A stretch of 63,659 nucleotides of DNA, filler included, from Octopus bimaculoides (Eukaryota), in assembly GCF_001194135.2 (NCBI RefSeq). It is 8 parts of 8 records of this genome, joined end to end, with 100 filler letters (N's around TTAATTAATTAA, not from the genome) between each part and the next. Parts side by side here need not be neighbours in the genome. Positions count along the whole stretch, not along the records: positions 46,669 to 57,529 come from NC_068989.1; positions 57,630 to 61,902 come from NC_069005.1; 6 more parts are not named here. One strand, written 5' to 3'. The notes under the pieces were generated by a model. The model made no database searches. It was not told where the DNA came from and saw only the letters and a program-made list of their open reading frames with translations. Positions 47,286 to 60,300 of this stretch are shown in pieces; within the stretch, counting starts at the first letter, position 1, and each line of letters opens with the position of its first letter. A program made the position numbers and the translations under genes.

Positions 47286-48614
47286 ATATATATATATAAA
47301 CATAAATGTGTAATGGTGTCTTTCTGTCTATGCGTTTGGGGTTACTGTAACTCCTCCCACACTGTAAAACCGATTTTAACGATTTTTGGTGCATAGGTAG
47401 ATCACATGCCCTGAAGTTCAAATAAGGCTGGAATTTTTCAAAAACTTGATAATGCTCAGTTGGCATTGATTTTTGTGAGCTCAATCAAGCATTAGAATGG
47501 AAATTCCCATAATGATATTATTTCTTCTGTAGTGTTTGCATTTTTTGTCCGATTTTGATGAAAATTGATGAGTGAGCGAGGTTCATGGCAGTGAGTTCAT
47601 GTGAGTATATAGCGTTGGCAAAAAAATCGATAATTGTACCTGAGCAATGGTTTTATAAAATCAATAGGTTTTTTGTGTGCAAATACCCATAAGGATTTTA
47701 TTTTTGGCCCTAACTTTATATTTTTTATCCAATTTTAATGAAATTTGAGATGGAGGTAAATCTTATGGTGAGGGAGGTGATAAAGGTGTTTATTTCATTC
47801 AAAAGGGATTGAAGAGGGCACAAATGCAAATAAGCATTTCCTTAGAGACATTCTTATCGATTTTGTAGAAATTTTACACGTGATTACAGTTCATATCTAT
47901 AAGTTGATGGACATGAAGGGTTGAGCAAAAAATCGATAACTGCACGTGAGCAGAGGGATTTTAAGAAATCAATAGGCTTTTGCATGCAATTACCCATAGG
48001 ATTAATATTTTATACTGTAACTTTTACAGAATTCATCCAATATTGATGAAATTTGACATTTAGGTAAAGTTTATGTTTGGAGTCATGTAGTAGAATTAAA
48101 ATTAAACTGGTGAAAGGCAGAAATCGTCAAAATTCACTCACAATAAGATAATGAACTGATTTTGAAGAAAATTGACTTGTATAAAATTAAGCACTTCGAC
48201 ATATGAAACAATTATTCATATAATGTATTGGGATTTAAAAGTCAGTGGGATATTTTCATGTAAATGGTCACATGGATTCTATTTTATGACATAACCTTAA
48301 CACTTTCCTTCGGATTTTGCAGAGATTAGACATGCTGATCAAATTTGTACAGAGGGTGGCATTAAGGGGAGAGAAACAAACAAACATCACTCTCAACGGA
48401 TCGAAGTACACCCAAAAGTTTGACTGCGATTTCAGATGGTCCGGTACATAGGAGTATGTTGAAAGCGTTAACCGAGTGAAATCCCTGCCGAACCAGATTT
48501 AACATCTTAATGGGTAACAGTTGGCACAGGGAACATAGAAGATTTCAATACAAGATCAGAGGTGGGCTTAACTTCAATACGGAAAACATGAGCAACACCA
48601 GGTCCAACAGCTAG
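47286..48614 (+). mobile_element. Non-autonomous Helitron-like element
   Basis: 3' end GAGCAACACCAGGTCCAACAG-CTAG|T (CTAG at 48611-48614); internal subrepeats of about 310 bp (47660 and 47970); 5' boundary approximate. Confidence 0.55.
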
Positions 48615-48925
48615 TATATTATATATATACATATATNNNNNNNNNNNNNNNNNNNNNNNNNNNNNNNNNNNNNNNNNNNNNNNNNNNNNNNNNNNNNNNN
48701 NNNNNNNNNNNNNNNNNNNNNNNNNNNNNNNNNNNNNNNNNNNNNNNNNNNNNNNNNNNNNNNNNNNNNNNNNNNNNNNNNNNNNNNNNNNNNNNNNNNN
48801 NNNNNNNNNNNNNNNNNNNNNNNNNNNNNNNNNNNNNNNNNNNNNNNNNNNNNNNNNNNNNNNNNNNNNNNNNNNNNNNNNNNNNNNNNNNNNNNNNNNN
48901 NNNNNNNNNNNNNNNNNNNNNNNNN

Positions 48926-49244
48926 AATCTCCATACCTTCGTTTTATTTGCTTTTTTCATTTTAAATTTGCTTTAACCCTAACCCTAACCGTAGGGTTAG
49001 GATTAATTGTTTCAGAATCGTTTGTTTATGTAGTCGGCACTTAATGTATATCGGCTGAATGGACGTCAGTGATTGGTTGAAATTACAGAAATACGACAAC
49101 TTTAACATGGAATAACTTATGGATTTCTTTTTTTTTTAAGAAGACTAAGAGAAAAAGATGTTTTATATGACACATTCTACCAGTGTTCCAAGTTTCAAAG
49201 TGTTTCGTTAATGAAAAATGTGGCCCCTGTTTTAAAAAAGATCC
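48926..49244. mobile_element. Second copy (one end) of the Merlin-like TIR element
   Basis: Ends TGTGGCCCCTGTTTTAAAAAAGATCC; shares AATCTCCATA.CTTCGTTTTATTTGC and GTCAGTGATTGGTTGAAATTA with 27272-27552. Confidence 0.75.
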
Positions 49245-49899
49245 ATACATAATTCCAAGAGAGTTAGAGGTTGTGAATCCAACCAACTAAGGGATAATAT
49301 CTATCCAATATACTGCTGGTAGAGTACCCAATTATTAATACACAATTGTTTTTTCATTGCATGGCAATTACACTACTAAATGTAATAAATGGGTGAGGGT
49401 AAAAAGTTGTTTTACTCTTAATTTATGCAGCAATAAGAAAATGGAGGGGATCAAGAGTTGGTATTCATCAACTTTTAGACATATTATGTCTATTTATTTA
49501 TTTTCTAAAAACCATTATAACTACATACATAGATGTATAACATATTATGCTTTACATATATAATATATAAAAATATTAAAATACCAGTAAATATTGGTCG
49601 AAACAGCTGTAAGATACTATTCAACTTCCTATGCTCTACGTTATATATTTTAATAATTACTGGTATTTTTATATGTTATATATGTAAAGCATATGTTATA
49701 TATGTTTTTTTTAAAAATAAACAAATAAACATAATATAATGTTTAAAATTTGATGAATACCAACTCTTGATCGCTTCCATTTTCTTATTGCTATATATAT
49801 ATTGTGTGTGTGTGTGTGTGCACACACACACGCATATATATATATATATATATATTATATGTATATATAAAAAAAGAATGAGATAAAGAGACCAATGGC

Positions 49900-52045
49900 A
49901 TAAATAAATATATATTTTATGTAGAATGTCTTACAGCTGTTTCAGGGAAAACTCAATGTATCCCTTCATCGGAGACGGTAATAGTAGTAGTTAAGGATTA
50001 TTAAATCTGTATTAGGAGATTTGCAGTAAGAAATGAGAGTGATGCGAAGAAAAAGCAAAGAAGAAAAAGTACTTGGAGTATAGTTCCATTCCAAAAGTAA
50101 ATATCCATGTATAGAATCCGTGTGAGTATTTTCCAGTGATAAATATAGTTATAATGATAGATATATATCATTTCATATCCAGCTTACTCTGTGCGTTGTT
50201 TACTTAAAAGACAGCCCAAAGTGAGCGGAAGATGTGTGTGGGATTGTGATATTAAGCCTTAAGACAGGAAGGAAGGAGGAGGAAATAGTTAAGGGAGAAA
50301 TGAAGGTAGTTGTGCTAGCAGTAGGCTATAAATAGATGAATAGAGGAAGATGTGTAAGAGATTGTGAGGTCAGTTATATGGACAGGAGGGAAGGAAGAAG
50401 GAAAGAGAGCGAAGGAAAGAGAGCGAAAGAAAGAAGATAGAGGTGGAAGTATAAGGGTTGTAAAGAAATGGATAGGTGGAGAAAGGAAGTGTGAAGAGAT
50501 AAAGTGAAGTAGGAAAGGGAGGCAGTTACAGTTGTGTTCAGTGTCAGGATAGAAAGGAACAGGTAGGGGGTGATGGTGTTGGTGGGGTTCGAAAAATAGA
50601 AATAAAGAAAAAATGTATAATAAGAGAGAAAGGTAGTAGTGTTAATATTCTATAAATAGAGCTGAATTTATTTGAAGGATTATAGTGGGGGAACCTAAGA
50701 GCTAACTAATAAAAGAACATATATACTTATACATATTAATTACAAGCGTGAATCAAGTTGGTTGGGGTTACCTATGGGGATTGTGGGAGTGTGTTGTGTG
50801 GTCATTTGTGCATTTGTGTTTGTGATAGAATTTGAATGTATGGAAGAAGCGGTGATTACAGGTGCTTAGTGCTTCGTTATATCTATTAAGTAGTGTAGGA
50901 GAATTGTATTTTAAAATATGGAACTCCTCCTTTAAGCAAAGTTTGCAATTAGAGCGCTGGCCTTGGTATGGAATTCCTGAGTCCAGAATGGGCCATGTTA
51001 AAGTATACTGGGTATTTGTGTTTTTGAGGTGGTGAATATGGTTGGCTAGTGTTGTAGATTTGCTGTGCTTGTCATATCTAAAATAGTGAAGGTGAGATGC
51101 CTAACGTTGCTTGAAATTTTTAGTTGAACCTTTGTATGTAGCAGATTGGCGACAGTGCATTTGTATATTATGTTGCATCTTACACAATGTGTGTGTAGTG
51201 GGTAGATTGTTCCGGAGCGACAGTTACAAGTAGACGAGGCTTGGGGGTTGTGTTCTGTGGTGGATGAGGTGATATTGTTGGAGGATAGATTATATGAGGA
51301 TGCAGAGGAATCTAGATTAATGCAATTGTTACTGTTATAGTTATTATTACCTCTATTGTTATTATTAGAAGATATAGTAGTATTATTTCTGGGTATACTA
51401 GTGGACTGAGATCTATTATGGTCGTGTTCAAATGTATGAGTGTCAGTGTTAGATGTACGTATATGAATGTCTATGTTGGGTATATGCATGTGCTGAGTGC
51501 TAGTATTACCATAGTTATAGTTGTGTGAGTTTTGATAATAGAGTGAGAGTTTATGTTTATTAGAAGTTGCTATAATAGATTCGAAGCTAGGCGTGGTTGA
51601 ATAAGACAATTTCAAAGTGGATCTGTTAAATATAGAATGGTATTTATGTTGCCGGGGGAAGTTTGAGTCAAGTATTTTGAAGAAAGATTTAGCTAAGTTC
51701 TTAGTGTTAAGTGAGAACGGGGGTATACCATAGGATAGAGCGGCCGCCGCTTTTTTGGGGGGATTCTGTGTAAATTATAATCTAAGTATTTTGGTAGAGA
51801 AGTGCTATCTACATTTTTCATGTTGCTAATTGTTTTATTTATCTTGGATTTAGACCTAGTGCTATAGATGTGTTTGTGGGGTCTGTTGGAGAGTGTGGGT
51901 GGTTGGTTGCGGTTGTGATGATTGGTATGTCTTTGGGATGTGATTTGGGATATAAGTTGTTTAAGTCTGGTGTTATGGATGCATTTTATTTGTTGGGAGA
52001 AACCACTTGATTGTAGTATGGAGCATGATTGTTGAAGATTTCTTC
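49900..52045 (-). mobile_element. Penelope-like element 3' part (thumb, Asn-rich linker, GIY-YIG, 3' UTR/pLTR)
   Basis: PPFSLNTKNLAKSFFKILDSNFPRQHKYHSIFNRSTLKLSYSTTP; IIYKC...YKGSTKNFKQR; CKLCLKEEFHIL...LLNR....CNH. Confidence 0.85.
49928..49976 (-). ncRNA. Complete type I hammerhead fold with a U4C core change
   Basis: GTCT-CCGATGA-AGGGA(tacattgagttt)TCCCT-GAAAC-AGCT-GTA-AGAC: stem I GTCT/AGAC, palindromic stem III ACAGCTGT, GUA triplet. Confidence 0.75.
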
Positions 52046-52144
52046 ATAACATTTATATTATATGTATATATATATTATATATATTTATATTATGTCTATA
52101 CATATATGTATATATATGTATGTGTGTGTGTGTGTGTGTGTATA

Positions 52145-53500
52145 TGTATCATCATCATCATTGTTTAACGTTCGCTTTCCATGCCAGCATAGGCTGGACG
52201 ATTTGACTGTGGACTGGCAAACCAGATGGCTGCACCAGGCTCAAATCTGATCTGGTAGAGTTTCTACAGCTGGATGCCCTTACTAACACCAACCACTCTG
52301 AGAGTGTAGTGGGTGATTTTATGTGCCACCGGCATCAGGGCCAGTCAGGTGGTACTGGCAACAGCCATGCTCAAGTGGAGACCCTTTGTCACGAGCAGAG
52401 GTAAGAGCTCTCTGAACTTTACCCAGGCTATTCTTATTCTAGCAGCTACACTTTCAGCGCACACTCCCCCACTACTAACTTGGTCACCTAGATAGCAGAA
52501 GCTATCAACTACGTCTAGTTTTTCTCTATGGAATGTGGCAGAAGTTGTTTTCTACACATTTACAGTGTTTATAACTCCTGAACATCTGCTATGTACAAAA
52601 ACTAACTTCCTAGTTAACCTTCCTTTGATATTGCTGCACCTCTTATGTGTCCATAGCTTGCACTGGGTGCATCTTATAGAGTTTCTACCTACGCCTTTTC
52701 TACAGATCGAGCAGGGTCATCTTCATTGCCAACCCTCACCTTACTGACAGCATCCCTGTACATGGCTCACACAGCTCTCTCTAACCATTCATCTATCCCT
52801 AGTTTCCTCATTGACCACCAGATGAGGGATCAGGGGACCCTGTCAAAAGCTTTCTCCATGTCAATGGAAGCCAGGTACAGAGGTTTATCTTTGGCTAGGT
52901 ATTTCTCCTGCAGCTGTCTTACCAGAAATATAGCATCAGTGGTGCTTTTCCCTGGCACAAACCCAAACTGCATCTCATCTAAACTGACTCTCTCCCTAAT
53001 TAGTTGGGGTATGACCCTCTCTGTGACCTTCATTACCTGATCCAACAACTTGATACCTCTGTAATTCTTTGTACCTAAAGCGTCACCTTTACCTTTGTAG
53101 CAGTTGACTATGGTGTTGCTACATCAGTCATTGGGTATGACTCCTTCATATATCACCTGGCTAACTATACGGGTGACTAGGCTATAGCCGACACTGCCAG
53201 ATATTTTGAGCATCTCTGCAGTGATTCCTTATCTTCATACACTTGATTGCTTTATCTACCAAAGTACTTTCAATTTGGATAGTTGATCCCTCTGTTGGGT
53301 CGACATTCAGCAGCCTCTCTTTCTCCCATTCATTCTCTTTATTGAGCAACCTTTCATAGTGGTGTCTCCAAACCTCTCTCTTTGCAGCCTCGTTTAGTGC
53401 AAGTGTACCATCATTCATACGAACACATTTCTCTTCCATGACATCACGATTCTCTCTCACACACTGTCTTGCAACACGAAATACTTCAAGTCTTTGGTCC
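52145..53500 (-). mobile_element. RTE-clade LINE, minus strand, internally deleted
   Basis: FVPGKSTTDAIFLVRQLQEKYLAKDKPLYLASIDMEKAFDRVP; PCSICRKGVGRNSIRCTQCKLWTHKRC; same family as 31015-32465. Confidence 0.9.
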
Positions 53501-53613
53501 TCATATATATATATATTAATAATATGACAACAAAAGAATGAATGAGACCTCGATATTATGTAAATAGAGGAATCTATCTATAAATATAATATATGACAAT
53601 TAGTTGGTTGTCA

Positions 53614-53676
53614 TAATAAAACTCAGAGTTTCAGATGCCGGGTCTGATGTCTCTTCCAGCATCTCATCAGTTATTA
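53614..53676 (-). ncRNA. Type I hammerhead fold with intact CUGAUGA and GAAA
   Basis: TAATAA-CTGATGA-GATGCTGG(14 nt)CCGGCATC-T-GAAAC-TCTGA-GTT-TTATTA. Confidence 0.7.
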
Positions 53677-54439
53677 AGACAAACAAAAACACTATGAAAA
53701 ATCCGTTGAATAAAGGGAAATTACTCCAATAGGTGTAGGGAAAGTAAATCATTGTTCATAGAATCTGCATGTGCACACATGTACATGTATGCACACACAC
53801 GTGTGTGTATACATATATATACATACTCACACACGTGTGTACATATACATACAAACACAAACATATATGTTTATACATGTGTAAAACATACATACAATAC
53901 ACACATATATATATACCCATGCATGCATCATTATGTTCATTTACACATTTCTATAAGCACATACACAGACATACGTGGATATGCAAAATGTAGTCTATAC
54001 GCACATGCACATACATACGCGAACAGATGTATATACGAATAAAAACACATATGCAAGAACATAAACCATAAATCATTCACATTCCTGCAAAACTTGGGTT
54101 ATAAATGTATATACACAAATACAGCCTCCTGTCTGTCAAACACATCTACACCTGCAGATATATAAACGTATATACATACATATATGTATGAAGGAAGGAG
54201 ACAAGTACAACAGGTAGAGTTTTACACTCGTATATATACAATCATTCATACACATGTATATATGCATGCACATACACATTCGATATATACTACATGCGTA
54301 TATAGTTACACAATTATAAAGGGTGAAAAATAATATACAGAAAAAATATATATAAAGAAATATATAAGAAATGTTAAGGCCTGTATGTGGACATAATATA
54401 AAAAGCAGGTTCTATCTGTGATTTGGGGGGGGGGGCAAA

Positions 54440-56110
54440 ACCGTAACAAATGTTTTGCCATATGGGGACATGACCCAAAACGTTCAGTTCTTGAGTTTAG
54501 ACATGTAGCAGGGTCTAAAGAACTTTTCCAGATGAGCCATCTTTCCATATCGCAAAGATCACACTTTCCACTGCCATTCGTGTAATGCTTACATTGGGCT
54601 AAGATCTTCCAGTGAATCTTATAGCTGATACCTTTTTCTTTTGAGGACTATATATAATTGGATAATTTGGTTGTTTTCCTTTTATCCCAGTGCCTGAAGC
54701 TTAAAGTGTGATTGTTGAACCTAGCTTTCAAATTTCCCTTTGTGAGACCCACATATTTCTTTGATGAAATTATGTCCTTAGTGGTTGTAGAGTCTACGGT
54801 GGCTTTATAAATGATGGCCTTGGTCATACAAGCCCCATTTAGCGGGCACAAATTTTTAACTCTGCAGGAACAGCCAGCTTCATTTTGTTGTTTTTGTGTG
54901 TTGTGTCCAATTATATTTTTAAAGTTAGTAGTAAAACTAAAACTAATTTTCAGGTTATGCCTATTAAAGAGCTTCCTATAATTATGATTGATTGGAAAAT
55001 GCCTATCTATAAGTGATAAGAAATATCTACCACTTTGGGGGTGTAAACCAGATAATTTTCCTATTCCTATTTTTCCTTTTCTTTATTTCTGGACTAATAA
55101 CAGGTTTATAGGCTATTTCCTCGCTAAAACCATTATCTTTTAGAGCTTTATTATATATTGGGGCAACACTATTAAAAATGCTTATATCAGTGGAGAGACT
55201 AGAAATTCTCTTGCTAATGTTTTTAACTAAATTCTTAAACACTAGGGGGGGGGGGCAGGAAATACATTAATGCAGCTAAGTCTATTGTTGGGATTTCTAT
55301 AGGGTTTGTAAATATTCTTATTTAAATCTAAAGATACATCTAAGAAACTGACAACCATCAGGTTGGTATCCATTCTTATGCTAAGATCGAATGTTTTCAT
55401 CATTTGGATAATGACTTTCCTAAACTGACCTTGCGCTGGTCCATTGGTGTTTGTGGTTAAAGCTAGAGTATCATCTTTGTAAATGGCAAAATATACACCA
55501 GGAAAGGTTTTACCTAACGTATCGAGTAGGAATAGTCTAATGAGATCACATATGCCTGCTCCATCATATGACCCCATGCTCACATCGAAGGTACCCTCTG
55601 TATTGGTTGTCTTAACCCACTCTGTATTCTCACTGAATAGTAAAGTCTTTCTAGCATGGAAGATTATGTCCTTATCTTGTGTACTAATTTCTATAAATTC
55701 ACTTGCAAAGGTGAGGGCTTTATCAAGCAGGTCCTTAGAGACAGAAGCATAGAAATCTACAATATCAAATTGTGTAAATCTCGCTTTATTTTTATTCCTA
55801 ATGGCTTTAAACCAGTCAATGACTTCTATACTATTGGACCATTGTACTAACCTAGTAGCATTTCTGACTGTAGCATTGATTTTTTCCTAAAATATTTTTA
55901 CTATTAATACCAATTTCTGATTTTGCTGGGTTAATAAGTCCACATTTAGGATTAGATAGGAAGTTCTTTTTAAGTCTTTAATAGTTATAAAGGCCTCTTT
56001 TTTTGGAAGGACTCCTATTTTTTTAATCTAATTTAAGCTTAGCAGCAATAATGCTAGCTTCTTTATTAATGTCGTTATAAACTTGTGGTTTAGCTTTAGT
56101 GTAATTATAA
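54440..56110 (-). mobile_element. Third Penelope-like element (RT plus GIY-YIG), frameshifted
   Basis: INKEASIIAAKLKL; MGSYDGAGICDL; YKDD; SFLDVSLDL; IIWFTPP; IIYKA...YVGLTKGNLKARFNNH. Confidence 0.9.
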
Positions 56111-56349
56111 AGGCGAGATACATTTTGAATAATATACCCCTTGATACAATATGCTTAACAAAAAGATGGGATGTTTACAGCGAGGAGCCCTTTGATTTTA
56201 ATATTTACTCAAGCAACTCAACAACTAACAATGCTACACCAAACAAGATGTTCAAGAATTAACTATGTTTCAATGAAATTGAGCAAATTTTTCAAAAGCT
56301 GACAGAATTTTACGTTTATTGCTAAAACAAATAGATTTATAAATCTTAC

Positions 56350-56689
56350 ATCAAACTTTTGAAAATTTTCTACATGTCTGTATCCCTGCATACTTTAAAT
56401 CTCTCCTTAGTGTTGTGAAACACATTTTGAAGCATTTCAGGAGTTAGCTCCTGCACTGCTAACTGATTGCTCCAATTTGGGGATGGAGGTAAAGAAAATG
56501 AATGCTGCCAAATTAAAAAAAAGCTATCATGGACGAATAAAACGGGTCCAACAGGAATGAAAATAATATTATAAACAAAATTTTATACACTTTTAACACA
56601 TATTAAACATGATAAACATAAATAAAAGTTAGCTTTAAGAAAAATGCATCCAATTTCACTCAAATCATCATTAATTCTGGGACACCCTG
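56350..56689 (-). mobile_element. Internally deleted Tc1/mariner-superfamily element
   Basis: TA|CAGGGTGTCCCAGAATTAATG TIR; ELTPEMLQNVFHNTKERFKVC resembles a transposase C-terminus. Confidence 0.55.
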
Positions 56690-57529
56690 TATTTTACTCA
56701 GCCAACTAAACAGGGGTGGGAACTCAGGAGGGGACTAATTGCAGGTGGCGAGTGTAGCTTCCAGAAGTGGTGACGTGGTCAAACTCAAATGGTTGTGAGT
56801 CACAACAGCAGTTTATTTTTTGTATGAACATTTTGCATTATATAGTTCAGACATGGATGACATAGAAAGCAGACATGCAGCCAGGCCATCCTGCATTGCG
56901 CAGGATCGGAAACGTGAAATATTAACAGGGCACTTCTGGAGAATGGATGAATGGGTTTCTTGTGCCTTTACCCAGCCACACACACACGCAAATGACCTGG
57001 TGGTGCATGGGATGGTAACATGAAGCATCAACAGGGCACTGACAAAAATTTTAATGCTCTCATGTCCACTGCCAAATTGAACAAAAAGGTTTTCATGAAA
57101 TATTATGTACTATTTGTAATGCATAAGTAGTGTCAATATTTTAGTGTTGGAAAATGGCCTAAAACAAAGATAAAACCCAGTGCAGTATACTCAAATCTGA
57201 TTAATCTCCATTTTGGGGGGGGGGGCCCATAGTCGGTGTCGGAAATTTTCTTTTAGTCAGTGGCAATTCACACAGCCTGATTAATGTTTGTTGCAAATTT
57301 GGAAGAAAGCGACTGGATACTCTTCATGTTATGGGTCTTAACACTGCAAAAATGCTTTTAAAATGCTGTTTATCTGCCCTTGGGCCCACATTAGGCAAGA
57401 AGTTGAAAATTTTTGGCTCATGACACTCCATGGACGCTGTGTAATGCATGTGTAAAATTTCATTAAAATTGGTTGAATGGATCCCGAGTTTTAATGACAT
57501 GACAAACACACATCATGTACTTTATATAT

Positions 57530-57629
57530 NNNNNNNNNNNNNNNNNNNNNNNNNNNNNNNNNNNNNNNNNNNNTTAATTAATTAANNNNNNNNNNNNNNN
57601 NNNNNNNNNNNNNNNNNNNNNNNNNNNNN
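57530..57629. other. Artificial scaffold spacer
   Basis: 44N-TTAATTAATTAA-44N. Confidence 0.95.
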
Positions 57630-57777
57630 TTTAGCCGGTTCGGGGCTAAAATAGAAAAAAACGCTCCCAACGCGACACGCAGAGGGACTGAACCCGGAAC
57701 CCTGTGGTTCGTAAGCAAGCTACTTACCACATAACCACATACACACGCACGCACACACACACACACACACACACATA

Positions 57778-58610
57778 CGAGGCGTATACCAGAAATTTGA
57801 GACGTCTTTAGGAGAGGTAGCTGTAATTGTCCTACATCGTTGTAATTTTAGTAAATCGTTACTGTACATCTAATAAGCTGACCCGCCAATTTTTGTAATT
57901 TCAAATTGAAAGAAACGGCTGTTAATAACACTTCGAACACATCCTACTAAACACTGCTGGTCATAGCTGACTTGTTTGCAGAATGCAGTTGGGATATGAA
58001 GTCAATTTGAAAACTCGTTATGTAATATCGTTTTGCATTAAACTGGGAAGCTGGGTTGGGGGGGAACGCTACAGAAACTTTGGATTTTTTCCACGCTATT
58101 TATGGATAAAATTGTATGAGAAGAGCATCTGTTCTTCGCTGGCATAAGTGGTTCAAGGACTGTAGAGAGGAAGTGATGGACGATGAGAAGTATGGGGGAG
58201 AGAAGGACGTTGGAACATCAGAGTTGGTTGAGAAATTTTACAATTTTCTGAATGAACCCCATCATGTGTCTGTAAAGACAATAAGCATGCACTTTGGAAT
58301 TGGTGCGGCTACTTAACACAATTATTCGTGAAGGTCTGAACATGCCCCAAATTTGTACAAAGTTTGTTCCCAGGGTTCTTAGGAAGAGCATCCTGGTTAC
58401 CAAACTACTTGACAGAGATAGGCATCAAAGATGCTTCTCACTCGCTCTACATTCCAGACCGTTCTCTTTTGTGAATTTTGGTTGTTCCTGAAGCAGAAGG
58501 AGAGCCTCAGAGGAAGTTGTTTTGAAGATGGAGAAACCTCTGACAAGGGTCCGGATACCTTCACTTCAGATGGTTTCCATGGCGCCTTCGAGCACTGAAA
58601 ACTGAGAATC
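57778..58610 (+). mobile_element. Decayed, internally deleted mariner element
   Basis: TA|CGAGG end; CMRRASVLRWHKWFKDCREEVMDDE; ICTKFVPRVL (WVPxxL motif); YLTEIGI...HSLYIPD (YSPDL motif)...FWLF. Confidence 0.75.
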
Positions 58611-58694
58611 CTACTTTGAAGGAGATCAGAAATTTATATTCCTCTGAAATAAATAAATCTCTCTTATGAAAAGAAAATATATATATTTGCTTAC

Positions 58695-58971
58695 GAACCA
58701 CATGGTTCCGGGTTCAGTCCCACTGCGTGGCACCTTGGGCAAGTGTCTTCTACTATAGCCTTGTAAGTGGATTTGGTAGACGGAAACTGAAAGAAGCCTG
58801 TCGTATATATATGTGTATATGTTTGTGTGTCTGTGTTTGTCCCCCCAAAATCGCTTGACAACCGATGCTGGTGTGTTTACGTCCCCGTAACTTAGCGGTT
58901 CGGCAAAAGAACCCGATAGAATAAGTACTAGGCTTACAAAGACTAAGTCCTGGGGTCGATTTGTTCGACTA
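58695..58971 (+). mobile_element. SINE family B (B box plus CCTTGGGCAAGT central motif)
   Basis: GGTTCCGGGTTCAGTCCC...CACCTTGGGCAAGTGTCTTCTACTATAGCC...TAACTTAGCGGTTCGGCAAAAG. Confidence 0.8.
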
Positions 58972-59926
58972 NNNNNNNNNNNNNNNNNNNNNNNNNNNNN
59001 NNNNNNNNNNNNNNNNNNNNNNNNNNNNNNNNNNNNNNNNNNNNNNNNNNNNNNNNNNNNNNNNNNNNNNNNNNNNNNNNNNNNNNNNNNNNNNNNNNNN
59101 NNNNNNNNNNNNNNNNNNNNNNNNNNNNNNNNNNNNNNNNNNNNNNNNNNNNNNNNNNNNNNNNNNNNNNNNNNNNNNNNNNNNNNNNNNNNNNNNNNNN
59201 NNNNNNNNNNNNNNNNNNNNNNNNNNNNNNNNNNNNNNNNNNNNNNNNNNNNNNNNNNNNNNNNNNNNNNNNNNNNNNNNNNNNNNAATATCTGAGAAAA
59301 TACTAAGTTTCCAATATTTTTATGGTAGAGAGTTATGAGAGATAATATTGTATGAGAGAGTGAGTTCAATACGTATTTCAGTTCCGAACGTTATGAAGAA
59401 AGTGTTATGGTTAAATTACTCGACACAGTTATAAAATTTAGAGAAAGATTTTGGAACTTACTTTTGGAAATAGTTATATTTAGAGAAATATTTTTTTGAA
59501 AAAAGTTAGGATTAAGAAAAAAAAGTCAAGAATGAAGAATGGTAGAAGTGTCATTGAATAGTGAGAGAGGGGTAAAACACGAGGAATAGTAGAAGCGTCA
59601 TTGAATAGTGAGAGGGGGGAGAGAAGTAAAGCTGAAGAAGTGTGACACACTGACATTCGCTTTCGCATTTATTATTACAGAAGATTGTAGATAGATATAT
59701 TTATGTTGTGTATATATATATGTGTGTGTGCGTGTGTGTGTGTGTAGGTGTATGCATAATATATACATATATGTGTGTGTGTATGTGTGTGAGAGAGTTA
59801 TAAAATTGTATATAGGTTTATGATGCGTGTGACACAGTGTAGGAGTAAATCTATAAATAACACGATTTTGCTTTGTATAACTTAATCTTTAATTGGGATT
59901 ATGAGATTAGCAGCCGGAATACACAC

Positions 59927-59959
<33 letters not shown>

Positions 59960-60109
59960 CGTACACACATGCACGCACACACATTTACATACGCGCGCAC
60001 ATAGTCGTAGACACTCAGGTATACATATATATATAGAAACACATACATTGGCACAGATACATCCACATTTAAAGAAACACACACACACACACACACACAC
60101 AAGCACTCT

Positions 60110-60300
60110 TTCCGCGCCTTCAATATCAGCTTTTCTTTTCGTTTTGTCCTTAACCGTGACCTTGTTTCTCGGTCTCACGTGATTGCACCGACCGCCAATG
60201 GGAGGGGGGGGCCGACAGACGGTAGACGCTAATTCATGCTTTCTTGCAACCACGACCACCGCTACTAGTACAACTAATAGGGTTGCTATTACCCCGTCTG
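60110..60300. promoter_or_regulatory. CpG-rich promoter-like patch
   Basis: TCACGTGA (60175-60182), CCAAT (60195-60199) and a G-rich box (60200-60213) cluster within 40 bp; no transcript evidence. Confidence 0.25.

Noticed and set aside
48974-49001. (TAACCC)n as an interstitial telomere
   Set aside because: Under three units, and internal to the TIR element shared with 26429-27553.
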